DNA of 64,000 nt, from the NCBI GenBank assembly GCA_963663385.2, contig CAXXXD010000002.1:160001-224000 (forward strand), written 5' to 3'. A model generated the notes under the pieces. It was not told the origin of the DNA and ran no database searches. It saw nothing but the letters and a program-made list of their open reading frames with translations. This document shows, in pieces, positions 56,269-64,000 of this stretch (within the stretch, counting starts at the first letter, position 1; each line of letters starts with the position of its first letter). The DNA is from Oceanispirochaeta sp. (lineage in GTDB: Bacteria; Spirochaetota; Spirochaetia; DSM-2461). Both the position numbers and the translations under genes were made by a program.

Positions 56269-57015
56269 ATGGAAGAAAACAAGCTTCGTCAATATGACTT
56301 TGTTACAAGCATCGGTCTGTTACTGTTCGGGCTGTGGGAGCTGACGGAAGCTTTCAAAATGCCAATGAAAGACTCCTATGGCGGTGTACAGAGCGTCTGG
56401 TATGTATCCCCGGCTCTAATGCCTCTTTTTATCGGAGGCGGAATCATTCTGCTGGGTATTACTTTGCTGATTCACTCAATTCGAACCGGAGGCGCAGCCT
56501 CTTTTATTACTGCTGTTAAAGGATCCTCTCATTTAAAACTGACTGAAGAAACAAGACGGATCTTTTCGGTTGTTCTTGGACTGGCAACGTTAATTTATCT
56601 TTATATCCCCCATGTCGATTTTTATTTAAGTCTTGCTCTGTTTCTGCTCTTTGTCTGCTCTGCATTCTATGCGGACAATGAAGCATTCAGAATGAAATTC
56701 ACAAGGCACTTCCTTGCAGGAAGCCTTATATTTACACTCCTGGTTACTACAGGGCTGGATGACCTTCTCAAGGGTATTCTGAAATATAACGTGGATATTC
56801 TGGCTCTGCTGTTTATTATTTATCTGAATAGGACAGCCCGGTTTATTGGGAAGAAACTGGAAATCCCTGCAAAGGTGTTCCGGACCGTAACATGGGTTTC
56901 TCTTATGGTTCCCCTGATTCTGTGTCCTGTTTTCCGTTACTTTCTGCTTGTTCCCCTTCCTGTGGAGGGAGGAATCATTAAACTGATGAACCTGGTCTAT
57001 TACGCCATTCGATAA
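56269..57015 (+). CDS. TctB-like small membrane subunit (extended, about 7 TM)
   Basis: Lies between tctC and tctA; SPALMP and C-terminal FLLVPLP motifs. Confidence 0.7.
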   Translation: MEENKLRQYDFVTSIGLLLFGLWELTEAFKMPMKDSYGGVQSVWYVSPALMPLFIGGGIILLGITLLIHSIRTGGAASFITAVKGSSHLKLTEETRRIFSVVLGLATLIYLYIPHVDFYLSLALFLLFVCSAFYADNEAFRMKFTRHFLAGSLIFTLLVTTGLDDLLKGILKYNVDILALLFIIYLNRTARFIGKKLEIPAKVFRTVTWVSLMVPLILCPVFRYFLLVPLPVEGGIIKLMNLVYYAIR

Positions 57016-57027
57016 ACGGAGGAAATT

Positions 57028-58566
57028 ATGGGTTTTCTGGAACCTTTACAGATATTCTTTACCAACATGGGAGCCATGCTGCTGAGTCCGGTTACCATGC
57101 TGATCCTCTTCGGATCTGTTATTATGGGTATTATTTTCGGTGCCACGCCAGGCCTGACAGCTACCCTTGGTGTTGCCCTTCTGACAACACTGACCTACGG
57201 AATGGATCATTCAATGGCTATGGTGGCCTTGATGGGAATCTATGTAGGCGGTGTTTACGGCGGCAGCTACACAGCTATCCTTGTCAATATTCCCGGTACG
57301 GCTGCTTCCGCCGCAACGGCTCTGGACGGTTATCCCCTGGCTAAAAAAGGTCAGGCCGGGAGAGCTCTGGGACTGACAACAACGGCATCGGCTATCGGGA
57401 CATTCATCGGGATGATGTTTGTTGTACTTCTTTCGCCGGTAATATCCGCCCTGGCCCTTGAGTTTACTTCTTTCGAATTCTTTCTGCTGGCCCTGTTCGG
57501 AATTATCATCAGCGGTACCCTGACCAGTCATGACCTGGTATACAAAGGCTGGATAGCCGGATTTATAGGTCTCTTTATGGCTACTATCGGGCGTGATACC
57601 CTTCAGTTCTTTCCCCGTTATACAATGGGTATGAGCGAACTGGAAGGCGGACTGGATCTGGTTCCGGTCCTGATCGGTGCTTTCGGCATTCCCCAGATTA
57701 TCCAGACCATCAGGGATAATCTCAAGATTGGAAAGACCCAGGCTTTCAGGAAAATACTGCCGGACTTCAAAACCATCGGAAGAAACGTTCCCTCAATCAT
57801 CCGTTCGTCCCTGATCGGCGTGGGGATCGGTGCAGTTCCCGGTATCGGTGAAGACATTGCCGGCTGGGTTTCTTATGGTGCGGCTAAAAAAGCCAGTAGA
57901 CATCCCGAAGAATTCGGTAACGGGTCTGTTGAGGCTGTTATCTCTACCGAAACGGCCAACAACTCCTGTATCGGCGGAGCTATGATTCCTCTGCTGAACC
58001 TGGGAATCCCCGGCAGTCCTCCCGCAGCCATGCTTCTCGGAGCCCTGATGCTGCACGGAATACAGCCCGGACCTATGCTGAGTATAGATCATCCGACCTT
58101 TATTCTGGATATTACAGCTATTCTGCTGCTGGCATCCGTGGCCATGTGGGTGTGCGGTATTCTTCTGGCCAAGCAGGTTGTCAAGGTGCTTCAGATTCCT
58201 ACGGCTCTGTTTATGCCGGTTATCGCGGTACTGTGTATTATCGGTTCCTATGCTTTGGGTACCAGGGTCTTTAACCTCTATCTGATGCTGCCGATCGGTA
58301 TTCTGGCCTATTTCCTGTCGGAGATGAAGTACCCTATTGCGCCGCTGATTATCGGTGTCATTCTGGGAGATATGTGTGATTCAAACCTGAGACGGGCTTT
58401 GATGGTATCAAAGGGAAGCTTTGCTCCTGTATTTACCAGACCCGTATCGCTGGTTCTCTTTCTGATTATTCTGCTTCTGATACTTGGACAGATTCCGGCT
58501 TTTCAGAGATTTCAGGCCAAAATGAAGGAACAGTTTTTATCACTGGTAAAAAAAAAGGTAATGTAG
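57028..58566 (+). CDS. tctA: Tripartite tricarboxylate transporter large permease
   Basis: GATPGLTA, YGGSYTAILVNIPG, LDGYP, ETANN, LGIPG, HGIQPGP. Confidence 0.95.
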   Translation: MGFLEPLQIFFTNMGAMLLSPVTMLILFGSVIMGIIFGATPGLTATLGVALLTTLTYGMDHSMAMVALMGIYVGGVYGGSYTAILVNIPGTAASAATALDGYPLAKKGQAGRALGLTTTASAIGTFIGMMFVVLLSPVISALALEFTSFEFFLLALFGIIISGTLTSHDLVYKGWIAGFIGLFMATIGRDTLQFFPRYTMGMSELEGGLDLVPVLIGAFGIPQIIQTIRDNLKIGKTQAFRKILPDFKTIGRNVPSIIRSSLIGVGIGAVPGIGEDIAGWVSYGAAKKASRHPEEFGNGSVEAVISTETANNSCIGGAMIPLLNLGIPGSPPAAMLLGALMLHGIQPGPMLSIDHPTFILDITAILLLASVAMWVCGILLAKQVVKVLQIPTALFMPVIAVLCIIGSYALGTRVFNLYLMLPIGILAYFLSEMKYPIAPLIIGVILGDMCDSNLRRALMVSKGSFAPVFTRPVSLVLFLIILLLILGQIPAFQRFQAKMKEQFLSLVKKKVM

Positions 58567-58699
58567 AAGCTTAGGGCTTTAAATTGCAGGATTTTCTGCC
58601 CTGATATACAGGGCGGATATGTAATAATAAACAATAGTAAACTAAAAGATTGCTAAAAACAAGGAAATCCTCTAAAAAAGGGGTGCTCAGGAGTAGCAA

Positions 58700-59536
58700 A
58701 TGAACAAACAGGAAAAAGTGACCTACCTTAAAGGTAAGGCTCAGGAGCTGAGAAAAACAGCATTAACCATGATTCACGCAGCCCGGTCGGGACACCCGGG
58801 TGGTTCCCTCTCTGCGGCAGATTATATGGCAGCCCTCTATTTTGATGAGCTGAATATCAAAGCGGATGACCCCAGGTGGGCCGACCGTGACCGTTTCGTC
58901 CTTTCCAAAGGACATGTCTGCCCCATCCTTTACTCATCACTGGCCCTGCGGAACTTCTTCCCCTGGGATACCATCTATACCCTGCGTAAACAGGGTTCCA
59001 TTCTTCAGGGACATCCCGATATGAAAGTCTGTCCCGGTGTGGATATTTCAACCGGATCTCTGGGGCAGGGACTGTCTACAGCCGTTGGTATGGCCATAGC
59101 CGGAAAACGGGACAAGAAAAACTACAGGGTTTTCTGTGTAGTTGGTGATGGTGAGTGTAACGAAGGTCAGATATGGGAAGCCACCATGACAGCCGTTAAG
59201 TATGAACTGGATAACCTGGTTATCTTTGTGGATAACAACAACCTGCAGAATGATAATACCTGTGATGTGGTTATGCCTACGGGAGACCTCCGGGGTAAAT
59301 TCGAAGTATTCGGCTGTGAAGCCCACGGTATCAACGGACATGAAATGGAAGAGATTGTAGATGTTCTGGATACAGTCAGAGAGAGCAAAAACGGCAAACC
59401 CAAAGTAATCGTCGGCAAAACGGTGAAGGGCAAGGGTGTTTCCTTTATGGAAAATGTGGTTATGTGGCATGGGGTAGCTCCCAATGATGAACAGTTTGAA
59501 CAGGCTGTGAAAGAAGTTGAGGGGGTAACAGTATAA
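58700..59536 (+). CDS. Transketolase N-terminal (ThDP-binding) subunit
   Basis: SGHPGGSLS, DRFVLSKGH, LQGHP, GSLGQG, GDGECNEG, TVKGKG. Confidence 0.95.
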   Translation: MNKQEKVTYLKGKAQELRKTALTMIHAARSGHPGGSLSAADYMAALYFDELNIKADDPRWADRDRFVLSKGHVCPILYSSLALRNFFPWDTIYTLRKQGSILQGHPDMKVCPGVDISTGSLGQGLSTAVGMAIAGKRDKKNYRVFCVVGDGECNEGQIWEATMTAVKYELDNLVIFVDNNNLQNDNTCDVVMPTGDLRGKFEVFGCEAHGINGHEMEEIVDVLDTVRESKNGKPKVIVGKTVKGKGVSFMENVVMWHGVAPNDEQFEQAVKEVEGVTV

Positions 59537-60465
59537 TGGAAGGCAGAGCAACAAGAGACGCTTACGGAGAAGAGATCCTTGCCCTGGGTAAGGAAAACTC
59601 CAATATCTATATAGTTGATGCGGATATCGGAAAGTCCTGCAAAACAGTACCTTTTTTTGAGCAGCTCCCTGATCAGCATGTGAATGTGGGAATCTCCGAA
59701 CAGGATGCAGCCGGTGTGGGTGCCGGTCTGGCCACCTGCGGCAAGATCCCCTTTGTAACAACCTATGCCGTATTCGGTTCCATGAGAATGAGTGAGCAGA
59801 TCCGTCAGGAAATCTGCTACCCCAAACTGAATGTCAAGATTGCCTGTTCCCACGGCGGATTTACCCCCGCCAATGATGGAGCCAGTCACCAATGTATCGA
59901 AGATATGGGAATTCTCCGGACCATCCCCAATATGACCGTAATTATGCCGGCTGATTATTATGCAGCTAAAAAACTGGTACGGGAAGCGGCTTATTTCGAC
60001 GGTCCGGTATACCTCCGTTTCACCCGCGACCCGATTCCCTTCATCTACGATGAAAACGCCAAATTTGAAATTGGTAAGGCCTATCCCCTGAAAGAGGGGA
60101 AGGATGTGGCCATTATCGCCAACGGAGATATCATGTCCCGCGCCGTAAAAGCGGCGGAAGAGCTGGAAGCCCAGGGCGTATCCGTTCGTCTGCTGGATAT
60201 GCACACCATTAAGCCCCTGGACAAGGAAGCCGTTGCCAAATGTATTGATGAGATTGGAAAAATCATCACCGTGGAAGATCACAATATTCTGAACGGCCTG
60301 GGAAGCGCCGTCTGTGAAATGGTTGCCGAAAAGGGAACCGGTATCGTTAAACGGATCGGAATCCAGGACAACTTCGGAGAGTCCGCCCCTTACGAGTTCC
60401 TGCTGGATAAAAACGGCATTACTGTAGATAATATTGTAGCTTCAGCAAAAGAGATGCTGAAATAA
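59536..60465 (+). CDS. Transketolase C-terminal subunit
   Basis: VGISEQ, DGASHQCIED, GPVYLR, TIKPLD, EDHNILNGLG. Confidence 0.95.
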   Translation: MEGRATRDAYGEEILALGKENSNIYIVDADIGKSCKTVPFFEQLPDQHVNVGISEQDAAGVGAGLATCGKIPFVTTYAVFGSMRMSEQIRQEICYPKLNVKIACSHGGFTPANDGASHQCIEDMGILRTIPNMTVIMPADYYAAKKLVREAAYFDGPVYLRFTRDPIPFIYDENAKFEIGKAYPLKEGKDVAIIANGDIMSRAVKAAEELEAQGVSVRLLDMHTIKPLDKEAVAKCIDEIGKIITVEDHNILNGLGSAVCEMVAEKGTGIVKRIGIQDNFGESAPYEFLLDKNGITVDNIVASAKEMLK

Positions 60466-60493
60466 ACGAGACAGATTTTCAACTGTCTCCGGG

Positions 60494-60637
60494 CCCCTCT
60501 TTTCCGGACCCCTCTCTGTCTCCCCTCAGGGGAGATGTAATTCAAATATATTCTTTTCCTTTGAAGGAGCAGAAAGTGGTACTGGATATGTGAATTCACA
60601 CCCCTCTTGAGGAGGGGCCGGGGGAGGTCCGGGGGGC
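60494..60637. repeat. Inverted pair of GC-rich REP-like hairpins (REPIN-like)
   Basis: Left CCGGACCCCTCTCTGTCTCCCCTCAGGGGAGA; right CCCCTCTTGAGGAGGGGCCGGGGGAGGTCCGG, with imperfect outer complementarity. Confidence 0.4.
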
Positions 60638-60666
60638 AGTGATATCTGGTTATATAAGGAATAAAA

Positions 60667-61623
60667 ATGAAAATTGTTGTATTAGACGGTTACACCCTCA
60701 ACCCCGGTGATCTGAACTGGGAGGGGATGAAAGCCCTTGGGGATTTTACCTGTTATGATCGGACTGAAAACAGTGAAATAGTGAACCGGATAGGTGATGC
60801 GGAAGCTGTTATCATTAATAAAACACCCCTGACGAAAGAGACTCTGGATGCCTGTCCCGGTATTAAATACATAGGCGTCCTGGCTACCGGGTACAATGTG
60901 GTGGATGTGGAAGCCGCTGCGGCAAAAGGAATTCCCGTGTGCAATATTCCCACCTATGGAACAACCGCTGTATCCCAGTTTGCCTTTGCCCTGCTGCTGA
61001 ATATCTGTCATCACGTGCAGGAGCATTCCGATACGGTACATGCCGGAGACTGGACAAAATGTCAGGACTTCTGTTACTGGAACTTTCCCCTGACAGAACT
61101 GGCCGGCAAAACACTCGGCATTATCGGGTATGGACGGATCGGGCAGGCAACAGCCAAAATCGCCCGGGGATTCAGTATGAAGGTTCTGGCATACGATGAG
61201 TATCAGAACAAGGACCTGGAGAACGAGGATATGTCCTATGCTCCCCTGGATGATGTTCTGGCCAAGTCGGATATGATCTCCCTGCACTGTCCTCTCTTCC
61301 CTTCTACCGAAGGGATCATCAACAGGGACAATATTGCCAGGATGAAAGACGGGGTCATTATTATAAATACTTCCAGAGGTCCCCTGATTGTGGAACAGGA
61401 TCTGGCGGATGCTCTGAACAGCGGAAAGGTGAGGGCTGCCGGTCTGGATGTTGTTTCAACCGAACCTATCAAGGCGGACAATGTGCTTCTGAAGGCAAAG
61501 AACTGTATTCTCACGCCCCATATTGCCTGGGCTCCCCAGGAGTCAAGGGCACGGTTAATGAGTATTGCCGTGGATAACCTGAAGGGTTTTCTGAATGGCA
61601 AAGTGATTAATCAGGTGAATTAA
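60667..61623 (+). CDS. D-2-hydroxyacid dehydrogenase (glycerate dehydrogenase / hydroxypyruvate-glyoxylate reductase type)
   Basis: VLDGYTLNPGD, ATGYN, GYGRIG, SLHCP, INTSRG, LDV...EP, TPHIAW. Confidence 0.9.
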   Translation: MKIVVLDGYTLNPGDLNWEGMKALGDFTCYDRTENSEIVNRIGDAEAVIINKTPLTKETLDACPGIKYIGVLATGYNVVDVEAAAAKGIPVCNIPTYGTTAVSQFAFALLLNICHHVQEHSDTVHAGDWTKCQDFCYWNFPLTELAGKTLGIIGYGRIGQATAKIARGFSMKVLAYDEYQNKDLENEDMSYAPLDDVLAKSDMISLHCPLFPSTEGIINRDNIARMKDGVIIINTSRGPLIVEQDLADALNSGKVRAAGLDVVSTEPIKADNVLLKAKNCILTPHIAWAPQESRARLMSIAVDNLKGFLNGKVINQVN

Positions 61624-61655
61624 GCTTCCCTTTTCTCTATATAAATATTGATTTC

Positions 61656-61700
61656 GGACCGGAAGTGTATCTCCTCCGTTAGGCTTCCGGTCCTTTTTTA
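61656..61700 (+). terminator. Rho-independent terminator
   Basis: GGACCGGAAG...CTTCCGGTCC followed by TTTTTT. Confidence 0.65.
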
Positions 61701-62570
61701 TTATATATCTACTCCTATAAAATGCTTGATCAGTATCCCGATCAGAAAGGATAGTCCTGCTATTCCCAGGGAAATCCCGGCCATTTCAAAAAAGCGTTTT
61801 TTGAATTCGAATCCCCTGGCAACGGATATATAGAAGTTAAAGGCGAAAATAATGGCGATAGCCATCAGAAGGGTCACTCCCAGACAAACGAAGGGATTGC
61901 TGAAAAGGGCAAAGGGCAGTACCAGAAAAACCACGGTGAATACATAAGCTATCCCCGTATAGAGAGAGGATTTCCCCGCGTCTTCACCGCCCTCATGTTT
62001 GGTGGAGAGGTATTCGCTGGCTGCCATGGAGAAGGAGGCGCTGATTCCCGTAATCAAACCGGTCAGCCCGATCAGCTTGGTATCCTGAAAGGCAATGGTG
62101 TACCCCGCCAGAGCTCCGGTCAGTTCGACCAGAGCATCATTCAGCCCCAGAACAACGGACCCCACGTATTTCAGCCGCTCTTCGTCCAGCATATCGATCA
62201 GCTCCTGCTCATGCCGCTCTTCATCTTCGACAATTTCATCCAGATACTGAAGGGCCTCGTCATCTTCGCCGTAACAGCTTATGGCTTTGCTTTCCGCCCG
62301 TTCCAGCATCTTTATCCCGAAGGTCAGGCCGAAGATCCGGACAAAAAGGTAGTTGAGGAATATGATGAATCTCTGAGGTTTAACTTCTTTATTCGTTAAG
62401 CCTTTCAGGCGGAGAAAGTGCTTCAGTTCATCCCGGGAAATGTGCTCCAGGGTTTCTCTGTTGTGTCTGTCTTTTGTGATGCCGGCTACTTTTCTGTACA
62501 GGTGGTGAGCGTTAATCTCATCCTGCTGTTCCCGGATCATCTTTTTTCTTTGTGCTGCTGTCAGTTCCAT
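61701..62570 (-). CDS. Rubrerythrin/ferritin-like + VIT1/CCC1 membrane protein (MbfA-like iron exporter)
   Basis: DEINAHHLY, DELKH, DEERHE diiron motifs; VLGLNDALVE and SMAASEYLS VIT1 motifs. Confidence 0.85.
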   Translation of the reverse strand: MELTAAQRKKMIREQQDEINAHHLYRKVAGITKDRHNRETLEHISRDELKHFLRLKGLTNKEVKPQRFIIFLNYLFVRIFGLTFGIKMLERAESKAISCYGEDDEALQYLDEIVEDEERHEQELIDMLDEERLKYVGSVVLGLNDALVELTGALAGYTIAFQDTKLIGLTGLITGISASFSMAASEYLSTKHEGGEDAGKSSLYTGIAYVFTVVFLVLPFALFSNPFVCLGVTLLMAIAIIFAFNFYISVARGFEFKKRFFEMAGISLGIAGLSFLIGILIKHFIGVDI

Positions 62571-62648
62571 AGAGGGGGTCCTTTTACTATTGTGTAGTTC
62601 GTCGATATCAGTCGTGTTTCTCTGTGGGGAACACGGCTTTGTGTTCCT

Positions 62649-62843
62649 TTATTTCAGGATCTCCTGAACCCGGCCGACCTGGCCGTCTGTCAGTCTGACT
62701 TTGATGCCATGGGGGTGAAAGGAGGAGTTGGTCAGGAGGTCCTGGACTACACCTTCCGTCAGTTTTCCGCTTCTCTGGTCCTTTTTAAGGACGATGGCCA
62801 CTTTAAGGCCCGGTTTAATATCTGCTCTGTTCTGTCCGTTCAT
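62649..62843 (-). CDS. ywbE: YwbE family protein
   Basis: MNGQNRADIKPG...KKDQRSGKLTEG...HPHGIKVRLTDGQVGRVQ; start at ATG 62843. Confidence 0.85.
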   Translation of the reverse strand: MNGQNRADIKPGLKVAIVLKKDQRSGKLTEGVVQDLLTNSSFHPHGIKVRLTDGQVGRVQEILK

Positions 62844-62958
62844 AGGGGTATTGTAACAAACAACGGCTTGATCTGCCCAGATGATAGAAGGGGATTCCTC
62901 CCTGTTCTGTTGATACTTCTTCCGCCTGCAGGTAATATAGTAAAAAATCTCACTATTC

Positions 62959-63045
62959 AGGCAAAGAAAAAACACAGCCCCGCAGGTAGTCCGGGCGGTC
63001 GTCTATTACGGCTCAGTAACCATCGCAAGATGTCCGTCTTTGTCT
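62959..63045 (+). ncRNA. yjdF (azaaromatic-sensing) riboswitch
   Basis: Hallmark segments AAAAACAC...GGTAGTCCGG...TCAGTAACC...GATGTCCGTC; closing stem AGGCAAAGA/TCTTTGTCT; directly upstream of a yjdF gene. Confidence 0.8.
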
Positions 63046-63072
63046 CCAGGAAAGGAATATCCGGAGGCAAAT

Positions 63073-63456
63073 ATGGAAGAAGTCATTTCTACAATCTACT
63101 ACAATGGCCAGTTTTGGGTCGCCCTTATCGAAAAGATCGGGGATGACGGTTCTCTCAAAGTCGGGAAATATACATTCGGTCCCGAACCGACCAACACGGA
63201 TCTGATCCACTTTTATCAGAATATTTATCCCTATCTCAGCTTTTATGAAACAGGGGAACGTTTTCGTATAAAGGAGAAGCGTTCCATTGATGAACAATCC
63301 CGCTGTACGAAGAAATCGCTTGTTCTCTACAGTGCCTGCCGCGGGGCAGACAGAGAACTCCGCAGGAAAGAAAGGGGTAAGGTCCGTCATCAGGAACAGG
63401 ATGAGAAATACAGGAAAAAAGCTGCCCGGAAAAAGGAAAAGAAACGGGGCCATTAA
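63073..63456 (+). CDS. yjdF: YjdF family protein (DUF2992)
   Basis: YYNGQFWVALIE, TFGPEP, basic C-terminus KKEKKRGH; GGAGG SD. Confidence 0.85.
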   Translation: MEEVISTIYYNGQFWVALIEKIGDDGSLKVGKYTFGPEPTNTDLIHFYQNIYPYLSFYETGERFRIKEKRSIDEQSRCTKKSLVLYSACRGADRELRRKERGKVRHQEQDEKYRKKAARKKEKKRGH

Positions 63457-63497
63457 AGGCCTGCTATTTGTATGAACAGGGCAGACAAGAATAAAAA

Positions 63498-63983
63498 CTA
63501 CCCTGTATCCGTGTCCTTTATTATGGAGTGAAACAGGAAAAGAGACTCGTTGGCATCCAGAAGAAGGTCTCCCAGATAGATGGAAAAGTCATGAAAGATC
63601 TTCTCTTCTTCGACTTCGTTATTATGGATATAATCGCAGTAGCGTTTTATGACATGAGGAACCAGAGCCGTGTTTATCGTGCTCCCGTCGAACAGGAGCA
63701 ATGTCAGCTTTTCCCTGCTGTTTACATTCAGCGGCTTCAAAACGGAAACCAGGAAGGGGCCTTTGCCCTGAAGTTTTTTCTTAATTCCGCTGTGATCTGT
63801 TCCGGCAGACAGGTAACCCATGATCTGCTTTGCGTGATCATCATTATAGCCATTGATCACAAAGGGGAGTCTTTCTTCTTTGGCCAATAGGCTGTACCGG
63901 CTGCGGAAAAGGCGGGCGTCCTGTCCTACGGGGAGGGCGAAAAGGTTATACTGTTCTCTGCGGGGTGTGTTTTCCCCGGCCAT
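63498..63983 (-). CDS. Hypothetical protein (may extend beyond the window end)
   Basis: 161-aa ORF with no in-frame stop between 63983 and the window edge; no recognised motif. Confidence 0.5.
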   Translation of the reverse strand: MAGENTPRREQYNLFALPVGQDARLFRSRYSLLAKEERLPFVINGYNDDHAKQIMGYLSAGTDHSGIKKKLQGKGPFLVSVLKPLNVNSREKLTLLLFDGSTINTALVPHVIKRYCDYIHNNEVEEEKIFHDFSIYLGDLLLDANESLFLFHSIIKDTDTG

Positions 63984-64000
63984 GCCTTCGGCCTGGCAGA

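Noticed and set aside
6983..60637. Short palindromic repeats as a CRISPR array or IS ends
   Set aside because: Dispersed single copies with no regular spacers, and no cas or transposase genes.

Overview
Bacterial chromosomal housekeeping and metabolic region, roughly 48-50% GC by eye. It is probably from a free-living Spirochaetaceae member; this is inferred from the A-N/G-G-Q-x-E style substrate-binding-protein leaders and a FecR/PEGA/PQQ lipoprotein. I see no rRNA, tRNA, CRISPR array, transposase or phage gene. In order, the window holds: (1) a LacI-regulated pentitol (probably xylitol) ABC uptake operon with a polyol dehydrogenase and xylulokinase; (2) an MMPL/RND + LolA-like + outer-membrane protein operon and a GH3 glycosidase; (3) TrkH/TrkA; (4) an operon in which ubiD-ubiA-ubiX are sandwiched inside an ABC importer; (5) pyruvate:ferredoxin oxidoreductase; (6) a glycosyltransferase-like gene and two lipoproteins; (7) cysE, a patatin, a KamA-family radical SAM gene and a NUDIX hydrolase; (8) a tetrapyrrole operon with unusual fusions (SirC-HemA, and a HemC lacking domain 3 fused to CobA-HemD), followed by a partial anaerobic cobalamin (cbi) operon; (9) a GH36 enzyme with AraC; (10) a two-GntR island with two TIM-barrel isomerases, TctCBA, a split transketolase and a 2-hydroxyacid dehydrogenase but no kinase; (11) an MbfA-like gene, ywbE, and a yjdF riboswitch with its yjdF gene. 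The best candidates for undescribed biology are the kinase-free transketolase/TTT sugar-acid pathway (51.8-61.6 kb), the ABC-importer-embedded ubiD/A/X operon that may salvage a menaquinone precursor (16.4-21.7 kb), and the HemC fusion that lacks the cofactor cysteine (38.4-40.5 kb). All product calls come from motif recognition by eye; no database searches were run.
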